Shown here: one piece after another, positions 1 through 12,197 of the stretch
How the letters are laid out: every line of letters starts with the position of its first letter
How positions within the stretch are numbered: position 1 is the first letter of the stretch
Origin: Camelus dromedarius
Taxonomy: Eukaryota
DNA length: 64,000 nt
Reading direction: 5' to 3'
NCBI RefSeq assembly: GCF_036321535.1
Contig: NC_087436.1
Location: forward strand, 89,282,001-89,346,000
Translations under genes and position numbers: made by a program
Notes under the pieces: generated by a model
Database searches by the model: none
Seen by the model: only the letters and a program-made list of their open reading frames with translations
What the model was told of the DNA's origin: nothing

Positions 1-269
1 CCCCAGTTTCCAGGGGAGTGGTGGAAAACACTAGCCAGCTTGCCACACTGCAACTGCATATGAAGGCAAAGGATGCTGTAGTTCAGTGTGGAGTCACCAC
101 GGACAGCACTTGTGTGTTTCCTGATTCACATCCTGGGGAAGATCTGCTTGGCAGAAGAAAATTGCTTATAGTTGCCATACCGCCAAAAAGAGAAGTCCAG
201 ACTCTTCTTTGACAAGCAAGGTTCTCTACTACAGCATTTATCCATCTACTTATTATGGTCATGATTTGG

Positions 270-412
270 CTTCTTACCTGCCTCCCTGCTCTGTGCTTTT
301 GAAGGTGTGGCCCATGTCTCATTCATCTTGGTAGGCCCACAGTGTCTAGCACATAGACACTAGTGGATGTTTACTAGATTTAAATATATTGATATGAACT
401 GAATAAATAATG
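270..412 (+). mobile_element. L2 LINE 3' end fragment
   Basis: ttgaaggtgtggcccatgtctcattcatcttgg...tgtctagcacatag...tgaataaataa resembles the L2 3' terminus. Confidence 0.6.
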
Positions 413-609
413 ATCACTCAGGAAAACAGCCAACCAAGGAGCTTTGGTGTTCTGGTTGTTCATGACATGATAGAAGAGTCATAATGCATCTAGGCTGGTC
501 TCCTAAGACGAAGTATCATTACCTTACTTCTGAGTTAAGCATGATGTGCTGTTAGCCGTGCTAGTTTCTTTAAAATCCATTGCTGAGCTGCACTTTTAGA
601 AACTACAGA

Positions 610-820
610 CATGTGGTATCACAATTAGAGTACAGGGTTTGGAGCCGAATAGATCCAAATGCAGTTCCAGCTTTGTTTCTTACCAGATCCGTTGCCAATT
701 CACTTAATCTTTCCGAGGTCCAGTTTCCTTACCATTAGATTGAAGTTAATCGAGATATAAGATAAAAGGCTTAAGACAGCACTTAGTATACAATTATGTA
801 CTCAACAAACAGTAACTACT
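610..820 (+). mobile_element. MIR SINE
   Basis: MIR core cacttaatctttccgaggtccagtttcctt and 3' end tactcaacaaacagtaactact. Confidence 0.65.
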
Positions 821-959
821 GCAGGTATGACTTCGGGATACCCCAAGAGGATGCTTTATTTCAATTGTTCTCACGACACCACTGGGCACCCCACTGTGAT
901 TGTTATGCTGCAGGTAAAATAGTTCTATAAGGGTGACCCGTGTCCACGGACATTAGTTT

Positions 960-1540
960 TTATACATATTTGACCAAATTCTGGTCACATGACTTCCCCA
1001 GACTAGCCACAGGTCTGATGCAAAGAAAGGACTTAAAAGGACTTAGACTGGGCAGTAAGCTGTGAATTGTCCTTGCATATTCATTCTGCACATTACGTGT
1101 GCTCTGTACTGCATAGAGAATCCCTCTTGAGTTGGAAGATTAAGGCACACAGAAAGGGGACATTGTTAGCAGCCTGGAGCAGAAACAAAGACACACAGAG
1201 AGGAAGCAGTATTGAGGAAAAGAAAAAGGAAGGAGGCTAGCAAGAATTGCTGATGAAAGCAGGGGGACCAGAAGTGCTTACAGATAAAGCAAAAGCAACA
1301 AGCAACTGAGTCACTTGAATGGCATTGCTGGGGATCTCGGGAGCCAATCATGGATACTCAGCTGGGTCCGATTTCCCAGTGAAGCCCAATTATGTGGGTA
1401 CTGAGTGTTACCAGTTCTTAGAACTCCTCCAGGTATCATCAACTCAAATAACAGGAACCCAACTCTTTCTTTACAACCTGAAATTGCCTAGCTTAGGATC
1501 TCAATCTTTTTGATTTAGATGTGTCTACTGACTGAAACTT
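960..1540 (+). mobile_element. Possible ancient LTR remnant (family unresolved)
   Basis: ggtcacatgac motif, purine-rich centre and an LTR-like 3' end; strongly diverged. Confidence 0.3.
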
Positions 1541-1659
1541 ACCCAAAGGCAATCACTTGTTCATCTGCGAGCTATTTTTGAATAGTTACTATGTGCCAGA
1601 CATTCTGCGAAGCACTGGAACCCCAGGGGAGATACTCTCTATGCTACTGCTATGTCTTC

Positions 1660-1840
1660 GCATTAAACGTGGTATATCACACTCCATTTATCTATTTACA
1701 TGTCTGTCTGTGGCCCTGCCTTGGCTCTGCCTTTCAGGAAAGCAGCGTTTATGTGTTTTCTTTTACCATGTCATGCGCAACGTACAGAATATAACAGGTA
1801 CTCCTTAACAATCTTGGATGTTTGCATTGATGAATAAACT
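1660..1840 (+). mobile_element. L2 3' end fragment
   Basis: tatttacatgtctgtctg...acaggtactccttaacaatcttggatg...tgaataaa. Confidence 0.5.
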
Positions 1841-2654
1841 GATCAGTTAGTGCTAAGAGTGATTTCTTGGTGACACTGAAATAATTTTTTGAACACAGCA
1901 TATAATATAGAGATCTATCTTATTTCTAGCTATGAAGTTGTGACCATGCACCCCTCCCCTGCCACCCAAGTTTACATTAATTAATTTGGCATATAAATAA
2001 GGATTTTTGAAGTTCTATGTGTCTGAGAGTTATATATTCTGCTCCTTTATTGAAGTCTTTAATCTCATTCATACTCATATTTAATTTTGTTTTAAGTAAA
2101 GACTATCTCATGAGATTCTTGGTGTTCTCAAAATAAGAACTTGAGGCAAGCATCTCTGGTATTTAAAAGAAACTATTTCTTTGACACAGTGTCATAGAAG
2201 ACACAATGATGCACTAATGATCCACTTAGCTTTTCCCAGTCAACAGCACCAAGGAACAAGGGCCCATCCTCATCACTTGTAATTCCCTCCAGATATCCAA
2301 AAATGAATGTTGATTTCGAACTCCCAAGGACAGAAGCCTAGTTATAAGTCCCAAACAGCTTTTGTTGCACTTCATTGTAAGACTATATTGTTTGACAAAT
2401 TTGGTTATGAGTCAACAGTGAGAGAATTCCTGAGAAGGTTTTGAGAAGAGAAATAGCCAATAAAATACCATAAAAGTTACAACTGGTATTCAGAAGAAAA
2501 CCTTGAACTACTTAAGTACTTTCAGTCAAGGTGCTTACAGTGTGAGAAGAATTGGAAACATTCCTTGAGCATTTACAATGGACTTCCCCACTCTCTTGCT
2601 ATACGTTATGTCACATGGTAGTCTTAGGGACTCATAAAAGCAGATATAATCATA

Positions 2655-2767
2655 ATAAAAACTGAGGTTGAGAGAGATTTAAAAGGCCAGTTGTAAATAT
2701 CTGAGCTGGGTTTTGAATCCAGGTGTGCCCGACTCCAGAGTTGCACATTTTCTACTATCCCATGCCT
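2655..2767 (-). mobile_element. MIR SINE fragment
   Basis: aaactgaggttgagagag...gagctgggttttgaatccaggtgtgcccgactccagag (antisense MIR). Confidence 0.7.
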
Positions 2768-3237
2768 TGTATAACAGGCTGAATGGTGGCTCCCGCAAAA
2801 GATATGTCCATATCCTAATTCCCAGAACCTGAGAGTATAACTTTATTTGGAAAAGGGGACATTCCAGTTGTAATTAAGTTAAAGATCTTGAGACAAGATC
2901 ATTCTGGATTATTCAGGTATTCCCTAAAGCCAATGACAAGCGTCCTTCCTTGTAAGAAACTTACATGGAGAGAACAAGGAAGAAGAGGAAAAGCGATGTG
3001 AAGATGAAAACCAGGCTTGGGGTTATGTGGTCACAAGCCAAGGAATGCCTGCAGCCACTCGAAGCTGAAAGAGACAAGAAAGAATCCTCTTCTAGAATTT
3101 TCAGAGGGAGCACAGTTCTGCTGACACTTTGATTTCGAACTTCTAGCCATCAGACGTCTGAGAGAAAGAAGTTTCTGCTAATTGAAGTCACCTGGCTTGT
3201 GGTCATTTATTACAGCAGGTGTCAGAAACCAACGTAC
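2768..3237 (+). mobile_element. MaLR solo LTR, MLT1C/MLT1B-like
   Basis: gaatggtggctcccgcaaaagatatgtcc...cacaagccaaggaatgcctgcagccac...ctgctgacactttgatttc...gtggtcatttattacagcag. Confidence 0.85.
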
Positions 3238-3954
3238 CTTCTAAAGCTGTTCTGTTGAATTTTGTCTATTTTTCAGATAGTAACAAAATTAGTCACTCAA
3301 CCTTATCAGTAATATTTTAGTACTTAGAATTTTAGGTTCTAGAATTTTAGTTCTAGTGTGGAATATAAAATGTATCATGCCTCCACCTTCAGTGCGGTCA
3401 GGGAGAAAAGATAAATACACATAAAACAATTAATGAACAGCATTCATTTGTATACTGAGAGATATGTAGTCAGTGTGTATTATGCAGCAAAGATAGCTTT
3501 CAGTGCAGAGGATGCAACAACGGACAAGACAGAAAGCTTTTCCATTCTCAGTGAGGTTCCACAGAGAAACATGGCTAGTTCCAGTTTCTAAGACAGGCGT
3601 AAGATTGGTGGGCTGGAGGAATAAAACGAGACCTAGCTTGTTATCAAGCCTTTCAATAGATGTGAGCTGACATAATTGTTATTGTTATTATTCTTCACCC
3701 AGCTAGCATCTAAGTAGTATATTTAGAATATTTCGACCAAAAAAGCAATGTTATTTTTTTAAATTATGCAAATACAAACACCAAGATCCAGGGTCAGTCT
3801 GACCTAGCAATGAACTAGCTGATTGCTTGTGGGGTCTGATATGGCAAGCACCTCCAAATTGTTTTCTCCATCCATGTGCCATGCACATGTCTACATATGT
3901 ACATCCACGCTCTACGTAGAATTCTAGGGGAAATAAAACTAAAAGGTGAATATA

Positions 3955-4299
3955 CAGAGAAAGGCAAATATCATATGTGGAATCTAAAAACTAATACAAG
4001 TGAACTCATTTACACAACAGAAACAGACTCACAGACATAGAAAACAAACCAATGATTACCAAAGGGGAAAGGGGAGGAGGGATAAATGAGAAGTATTGTA
4101 TTAACAGATACACACTACTACACATAAAATAGATAAGCAACAAGGTCCTACTGTACAGCACAGAGAACTATATTCACTGTCTTGTAATAACCTATAATAG
4201 AAAAGAATACATAAATATACATAAAATGGAATCACTTTGCTGTACATCTAAAACTAACACAATATTGTAAATCAACTATACTTCAATGAAAAAAATAAA
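3955..4299 (+). mobile_element. 5'-truncated L1 (3' UTR plus A tail), cetartiodactyl type
   Basis: acagaaacagactcacagacatagaaaacaaac...aatcactttgctgtacatctaaaactaacacaatattgtaaatcaactatacttcaat followed by A-rich tail. Confidence 0.9.
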
Positions 4300-4349
4300 T
4301 GTCTAGTATTACATTATTTTGTCCCTATGGTTTACTCTAAAACCTTTAC

Positions 4350-4438
4350 CTGAAAGTGTTTGTGTGTATGTGTGTGTGTTCCTCCGGTCCAGAGAGAGCA
4401 ATCAGCAGAAACCCTTGCCATTTTAGAGCAGGATACGC
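4350..4438 (-). other. Candidate 89-nt spliced exon (host gene unknown)
   Basis: Minus strand reads CTCAT branch-like site, polypyrimidine tract ttttctcctcctctgtcattctccttccctt, TAG acceptor at 4441-4439 and CAG|GTAAAG donor at 4350/4349. Confidence 0.3.
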
Positions 4439-5115
4439 CTAAAGGGAAGGAGAATGACAGAGGAGGAGAAAATGAGAGCTACCGACCGTGACCGCGGAGA
4501 CAGATTTTATACAATTCACAATGTGCCTGGGGTCAGCACTGCCGGAAGGGCATTGCTCACTCACTTGACAAGTTAAAACAAGAGAGAAAAAATGTGGAAT
4601 CCTTGTGTTTAGGGACATTGTCCTTGCATCCTGTTTTGACCTGCCAGACACTGGTGGGGAAACATTTTAGCTGGCTGCTCTTATTCCATAACATCATCAA
4701 AAAGTCCTACCAGGGAGCTGCTGCTCAAAGTATTGGTACAGACTTTCTGAATGCAGTTCACAGCATATTTTTAGTTCATAATAAAAAATACAACTGCAAT
4801 TCTGGTTCCCAACAGGAAGGTCAAAGACATCATGTTTTCCATGAGGACTAGATGATTCTAAACATGAGATGATTTTGATAGAAGGAAATTGATAACAAGA
4901 CAAAATGTATTTATCTTGTAATATACAAGCAAATGCTAACAAAGGAGACTGACCATCACTGTGTCAAGTAGTAGCCATTTACCTTGCACATCCTAGGCAC
5001 CCTATCTGTTGTTGATTTACTTAAGTGTTATCCTTGGTTTTGTCTTCTCCTTCACTCAGGCTCTCCTCCCCCATCCAATCAGTTAGGAATTTCCTTCATT
5101 TACAACTTCTAAACA

Positions 5116-5348
5116 CAATTGATCCTTTAGCAACCCTGGGAGTTAGGGGTGCTGACACTCTGCACAGTTGAAAATCTGCAATAATTTACAGTCTACGCTC
5201 TGTATCTGTGGTTCCTCATATCCACATGCTGCATCCTTCAATTCAACCAACCTTGGACCACACAGTACCACGATATTTACTGTTGAAAAAAAAGCCACGT
5301 ATAAGTGGATCCACACAGTTCAAATCTGTGTTGTTTAAGGGTCAACCT
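5116..5348. mobile_element. Non-autonomous Tigger2-type (MER8/Tigger2a-like) DNA transposon
   Basis: Terminal inverted repeats caattgatcctttagcaac / ttgtttaagggtcaacc; internal gtataagtggatccacacagttcaaatctgtg; inserted into an L2. Confidence 0.8.
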
Positions 5349-6120
5349 TCAAGTTTATCCCCTTCTCTCCTACTTATTGCCATAGTCTTAGTTCAGGACA
5401 CCATCGTTTTTCTTCTGAATAACTGTACAATTCTAATTGGTTTCCCTGCCTTCAATTCACCCACCTTTCAAATTCATTTTTCACATTATTGTCAGAGTAA
5501 TCGTGTTCTAAAATGAGAATCTGATCATGTCTCTACTTTTCTCATATGGCTCCCCATTGCTCTCAGGATTAAATTAAAATGTCCTGACATGATATTTCAG
5601 ACCATTTATGATCTATTTATATGTCCAGTCTCATCTCTCATTTCTTCCTCCATGATGAACTCTACTCTCTAGTCATGAAATCTTAGTTATCACTTACTGA
5701 ATGGATCAAGTTCTCTCGTGCCATCATACACCAACATTCTGAATATGCCTTTTAGCGTCTCTACTTCTCTGCGCCTTTGCCCCAACTCTGACTACACTCT
5801 CTGCCTGTGCCTCCTCTCCATCTCCCATAATTTAGTCCTAAATTGATGGCATCAACTTAGATGTCCCTTCATTTGGGGATAATTCCTTCACCTCACAAGA
5901 CTGGAAATCTTACAGCACCTCATGCTTACCTTTACTTCACATTGATCACATTTACCAAAACTACCTGTTTCTTTATGTCTCCTTTCTATACTGTAGGCTC
6001 CCCAGGGATGGAATTATTTTATTCACCCATTCTTTCTAGCATCTAAGTGATGCTTAGCTCATAGTTATTGTTCTCGAGAAATAATTTCTGAATTAACTGA
6101 TAGATGAGTCAGATGAACAA
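5349..6120 (+). mobile_element. L2 LINE 3' region
   Basis: ctgatcatgtctctac...ggctccccattgctctcaggat...tagctcatagttattgttctcgagaaataatttctgaattaactga. Confidence 0.75.
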
Positions 6121-6579
6121 AACAGTCACTTCAAGGGGAGGATGGTTAGAGAGCCTGCTTCTGTGTTATCTGAGTTATTGGCTCAGGACCATCTTTAAAA
6201 GGTTGGTCACCTATTAACATATGGTCTTGGGATGCTGTTCAGTGTGAAAGAAATTTATATTTACTTAAATTCATGTGTCTCCAGAGAAGAAGCCAAGTAT
6301 CCAAGATTACAGGTTTTTCATCCTGGCTTAACAAGCTAAAGATATGAAACGTCTCAGAGACATGATTATCAACTTCAGAAAAATCGGGGGAGACCGTAGA
6401 ACTTCACAAAATAGTACGATACGATGTGAATGAATCAAGATAAAAGAACAAAATAAAAATAGTGAAAGGAATACATTTCATGGTGCGTAAGACACAACAT
6501 GCATAGGAACCACTTGAATTTTTAATAGCATTTTGTATACAGCGCGACCCAGCACCCTTAGCTGCAGCAGACTGGACTA

Positions 6580-7040
6580 GGAGAGAATCGTCTGACTGCA
6601 GCAGGGGTGACCAACTCCTTTCTTCTGCAAATTCTGAATTTGAATAAAGAACTTATCATTCTGTGGGAGATTTTTAACTTGAGAATTTGTGCGTTAGCAT
6701 CCACTACTTGTCATGCAGACTAAGAAGCAGAACATTATGTGAGAGAAAAGAATGCAGCAGGCAGGCAGACAGGAGCGACTCTGAGAAATGGAGAAGGAGG
6801 CCTGTTGGATTTTTAATACCAGGTTCCATTCCTTTCCCGAGGCCCACGTCAGCCCCAGCCGTGGTGAGCATCGAACCCCTGCACAGGGCTGGAATTCAGC
6901 TGACTTCACTAGAGCAGAAACGTCGGTCTGTTTATGACTGTAGTCTATTCAGATTAATGGGCACCCATGCTGTATTCGTTTTTAACTGTTTTCTACCCTC
7001 CAGTCTTGCTCATTTTAAAAATATCTGTCTCACAAACACA
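6580..7040 (+). mobile_element. Possible ancient ERVL-type LTR remnant
   Basis: Purine-rich centre followed by ccaggttccattcctttcccgaggccc, as in old ERVL LTRs; weak. Confidence 0.3.
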
Positions 7041-8024
7041 ATGATACATAATCACTGGAGGAATAGTTAGGCTCATGGCAAAGAAGGCTGAGATTTGGGA
7101 GTTGTTAAATAATTTGAATATCACGTGTGCCTCTGAATCCATATAGGAAACATGCCCTTTTTAGATAAACCAGCTTAAGCTGGTTCTGGTTTTTTAGAAC
7201 CAAAGATCTCTGAATTATACAGTTCAGATCAAAGAAATAATGGGCTAATGTATGTATGACCCAAAGTAGAAGAAGAGGAAGGGGTTCCTTCTCTTGGTGG
7301 GAATTAAAAAAAAAAAAAAAGTAATAGGAAACTTTAGTGCCACAGCCCAGTAACTCACAGTTTGTGGGATCTGATTTCCCATTTTGTTTTATATGTCACT
7401 GCTAATGTACTATTTTTACCTTACACCTGACAAATGTGATAATGCTAAGACAATTCTGTCCTTTTTCAAGGAAGAACAGAAGAGTTTAGTAGTCCTTTTA
7501 GGATTTTCCAAATTTCCCTGGCATCTAAACTGCTTAGAGGGCATTCCATCCATTTCTTCAGCTATTATAAGTCTTACATTTGTACAAAGCAAAGTCACCA
7601 GAGAATTGCATATTTTGACCAGAAATTTTTAGCTCCAACAGAGCTGGTCTTTCTCAATTACATCTCCTTATTATGCCCTGGAACCTGATATGAGAGCTAA
7701 AGTAAGAAAAAGACAGACAAAAATATGATATACATTGTATCTCACAGTGTTCACAGATCTGTGCATCTTTTTAAGGCTTGTTTTGCTTTTTATCATCCTG
7801 GGAAACTTGGGAGGGTGTGTTTTTTTCTTATTTGACTTAGTTGCCAGGAAAATAGAATTGCAGTGTTCTCCTGCCACTGTGAAGTGTGAGGCAACCTGTG
7901 TTTCCATGTGATACTCTCATCTATGTTGTTCTACTTTTATTTTTCCATCGCCCAGATTTCCTACTTACTCTTCTTACTCGTATGCATTTTTGTTGATTTG
8001 TTTCACATTCTTTGTGGGGAGCCC

Positions 8025-8179
8025 CAGAGCTGCCCTATTCAAAGTGTAGTCCGTGGACATAAAGTATCAGCACTGCCTGGGAGCTCGTTGAGAATGCAGG
8101 ATCTCAGGCCCAGCCCAGAGCTGTGCGTTGTAACAAGACTCGGGTAATCCACATTCACTTCAAACTTAGACAATGCCAG
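8025..8179. mobile_element. MER5A-type hAT-Charlie MITE
   Basis: tcaaagtgtagtccgtggac...atcagcactgcctgggagctcgttgagaatgcaggatctcaggccc...taacaagac. Confidence 0.75.
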
Positions 8180-8257
8180 AGTAGAAGTAAAGCCTTAAGA
8201 ATAAACTAACTTAAATTTATCTAAGTTAGTGGTCAAAATTATGTGCTGGTTTCAATA

Positions 8258-8428
8258 CTTATAGTTTCAAATTATAGACTTAAGCCAATGGGAAAGTTGA
8301 TTAAAAATGAAAATTCCTAGACTTCACCCTCAGAAACTTTGATCCAGCAGGGCCAGAGTGAGACCCTTGGAGATTACAGTTGGTCAAGTTCTTCAGGTGA
8401 TTATGATTCAAACACAGGCTTAAGCACT
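8258..8428. mobile_element. MER5-type hAT-Charlie MITE
   Basis: ttaaaaatgaaaattcctagacttcaccctcagaaactttgatccagcagg...caggtgattatgat. Confidence 0.6.
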
Positions 8429-8979
8429 AAGAGATCTTCACTTTCTCAAGGATGTGATTTCAAAATACCAGTGCCTAACGTCAACTACTATAAAGCTTCC
8501 TCAGTTGTTCTAAGGTAGATAAATAGAGGTAGATAAATAATGTAAATTTATACGTTGGTGGTGAGTTAAAAGCAAAAGGACTGAGACGATAGGGACCCTG
8601 CAAGCAATTGAGACTATTGTCTGGAGGCCTTGGTTACAAGCCTGCTTTGCTGAGGTGAGGAATGTTAGAGATGATGTATTTATTTACTGTTGGGGACTGT
8701 TTCAGAGGCATCACTTTCTCGAAGCTTGTCAATTCCCAGTGATATGCTTCTAAACCTGCGTGAAGGATTTAAAGTCTGTGGGGGAAATGAGAGAGAGTCA
8801 CAATCCTGATCAATTAAAAAAGTTAATTTATCTTTGTAGAGAAACCAGATGCACAAGTGAATGAAGGAGTAGAAATAGCTGGAAGTGTAAAAGATGAGGT
8901 CCAAGGAGGCTGGTCTTTGAATTATTATAGTCACACTTTTACCCCCAATGTTCGGGAGCCAATGATTTAAGCCATTTCT

Positions 8980-9530
8980 GGTGAATTAGTCCGCTCTCCT
9001 TTAATTTCAGTGGCAGACACTCAATGCAAACTCATTTAAACTTAAATAAGGGAGCTCACCTATTCACATAGCTGAGAGGGCCAAAAGGAGCTTCTTTTTG
9101 TTCAGGGCTCAGCTAGATACAGGTATCAAATGATGTCGGACCTCTGCCTTACTCTGTCTCTCAGCTCTGTTCATCTCTGCTTGTCTTCATTCTCAAATGG
9201 CACAGCTTCATATGCCTGAGAGATGGCTTCTGGCAACACCAAGAATATGAGGTCCTTAGAGTGTGTGATTCCCAAAGGAAAGTGTATTTTTCTTAACAGC
9301 TCTGTCAAAAGTCCCTAGGAAGATTCTGTTTGTTCCAGCTTTGATTATATGGTTATGTTTCAAATAGTCACTCTGGCCAGGTTGAGAAAGGACCCAGATT
9401 GGTCATGTTTGGGACATGCCTGACCTTGTCAGTCCTATCAGAGCCACGTGGACTAAAAAGGATTACTGAAGGGGAAGGGCAGGTTATTCCCTTGACCAAG
9501 GGATTCTGGACAAGTACATGTATGTCAATT
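8980..9530 (-). mobile_element. MaLR solo LTR, MLT1J/K-like
   Basis: cagctagatacaggtatcaaatgatgtc...ctctgtctctcagctctg...cttcattctca (antisense old MLT1). Confidence 0.65.
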
Positions 9531-11439
9531 GCAGTGGTCAAGCTGAATTGGCTCAGTAGCTTATGACACTCATCAATGAAGGTCACTCTCAAGACATTGA
9601 TTCCAATTCGGTCAGGTTAATAGGCATCTTCTTCCTCTCTTTCACTTTCAAAACATCTATGTTATGCCAGTGGCCTGAATCAGTAAATTTACTTCTTCCC
9701 TAAGTACCCATAGGAGATTTTCTTAAAAACTGAAGACCATAGACTTTATTTTATTTAATGGAGGATCAACGGTAAGTTGCAACTTGCCATCTATGCAACC
9801 TTCAATCTATACTGACTAAATGCCACTATGTTCCAGGAACCTTTCAGTAGATTTTTCTGGAAAGTTCACTTCAATACAATGGAAATAGCTAATTTAATCA
9901 CAATTGCTTTGGTATATATGGATACTTCAATTCTTGTAGTTTCCTGGGTCTAATTAGGTTTTTTTTGTATTCTTTTGTTTATATATACATATATTGAACT
10001 GAAACAGATTAAATTCATTTTAGTTGAAAAGTTCCCCAAAACTTGATTTACTGGTTACATATAATTGTATGGTTCGAATTTTAGTAGAATTGGCAAGAAG
10101 ACTGGTCCAATAACCAAATGCCTTAAATTCTTATCATTAAGTAAGAAGGGTTGACAAGACTTTTGTGGATATCAGTCCGTGTAAGCCTGTGTTCCTAGAA
10201 TTGAGACAAATGTTCTTGTTACTCATTGCTAGCAATAAATTTTGTTCAGTTTTCAAATAGCAACAAATTTTGCAAACTAGAGAAGTAATCACGCTCATGG
10301 CTACTTCTAGTTATTGGCACCCTCTTTATGTGTCTCAAGAGGACATGGGCTTCTGTATTACATGGACAGTTTGGTGAACAATAGTAAATATAACATTCCA
10401 CTCTGGTTGACAAAATCTACTATTTTTAAAATTTTGCTTAAGATATCTTACTACCTGTCTGTTCTGATCTCAGTCCTTTAAATGGTCCAATCAGCCCACA
10501 GCAATCATGCTAGAAACCAAGCAGAGGCTTGACAAGGACAATCATGACACTCTCTGGTTCTCACCAGTCCACCTCCAGATCCCTCTTTCCTGCTGTTCCT
10601 TCTTCTCCCCCTAGCTCGCTGATCCCTGGTTATCCTGTTTTCATGCTTCATGTCCAGATATCTTCCTAAAACCTCCCATTTCCTCATCTTTTTAAAGATC
10701 ATTTTGGAATGGCTTTTCAAGCTTTGACTCTCCAAGTTAATGCTAGGGCAGGACTTGGTTACAAATTAACTGTCATGGCAAGTTAGCCTCCTACATCCCC
10801 TTTCCCCTATTTTTATATTAGTAAAGTTAATCCTATTCTTCCTGTCTCTGTGTGGTGGTTTTAGATTATTTCTTTGCAGGTGGTTGATTTTTGGGGAAAA
10901 AAATTGATTGGAAACTTTGCTTTCTACACTGCAGGCTTTACTATAATGGTGTTGTTCTTAGTAATCTTACATGCACAAACACTAAACATTTTTTGTTAAG
11001 TGTCCAACTGCTTAATAAAATTAAATGCCAGATTAAAATAACTCTGATATATTAGTCTGGAGTTAGTTTTATCTCTATAAAGTATGTATATATAGGTCTA
11101 CAGATATCCATAATGCTACTATGTGGGCACTTACAGACTATGGTATTATTAAAGTACAGCAGAATCTCTGAATTAAATACGATTTTATGAATGAGCTCTA
11201 TCAGATTGAATTGAACACACTTTTTTTATTTCCCAAAAATCAGCAAAACTTTCCATTTCAGTGAAATGATTGTGGTCTTCCCTGATCTTCTAGCTATATT
11301 CAGCAGTCATTTTGATTAAGTCTTTGTTTTAATAAGTTTTCTTTATTTTTAATCTCTGTAGTACAGAATTATCCTCTGTTCTGAAGCCTCCCTAGGATGG
11401 CCTTCATTCTTTTTTCCCCCTCTTTCATTTGACAAGGAC

Positions 11440-12030
11440 TACTGAGAACTATTATTTTTAAGGCTGTGCAAGTCGCTCAAGGTAATCATAATGTGACAGA
11501 ACATAGAATAGAGGAAAACCTACAATGTTACATAAGCACATAGGAAGGAAACCTATTTTAGGGAAAAGGAAGGCTTCCTAGAGGTAGCATTTCATCCAAG
11601 TTTTTTAGGCAAAGTAGGAATTATTCAGGTGAAGAAGTGAGGAGAGGCTGTTTCAGGTAAAGTATCCGGCATTTTTAGAAGGGCTTGCATGTTTAATAAC
11701 ACAGGGGACTTGGGAATTCTGAGAAGTAAATATGTCTGTATCATAATTTAGATTTAAATCTGAAGGCATAAGAGAGCCAGTGAATAATATTTATCAGGAG
11801 AATGCTTTGGTCAGCTGAACATTTTGTAAAGATCACTCTGATAGCACAGTGGTGCAGAAAATAGATTAGAGAGGGAGGTTAAAGAAGCTAGAGGCAGAGA
11901 CCGCTAGTTGACTGACACAGGAAATGATTCAGGCTTACATCAAAGAATAGGCAGTAGGGATGGAGAAAAGAGACAGATGAGAGAGATATTAGAAGGGAGT
12001 ATCATTAGAATTTTAGTGACATAAGATCTG
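11440..12030 (-). mobile_element. L2 LINE fragment
   Basis: ggaaggcttcctagagg...taggaattattcaggtgaag...attttgtaaagatcactctg...gggatggagaaaagagacagatgagagagatatt. Confidence 0.7.
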
Positions 12031-12185
12031 AGAATGATACTTTCACTTCTTTTCCAACCACTGAAATGTTTCCAGTGGCGTCTATATTTGGAATTAGTCT
12101 AAGTGTAGAAAAAGAAGAGACATTTCATAGAGACATTTCAGTGGTTGGAGAAGAAATAAGCGCAGAAAGTGCAGAAATCTGTGCG

Positions 12186-12197
12186 GAAAGTGAAACC
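12186..12197 (+). promoter_or_regulatory. ISRE/IRF consensus motif
   Basis: GAAAGTGAAACC matches GAAANNGAAACY; two further GCAGAAA units lie immediately upstream. Confidence 0.35.
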
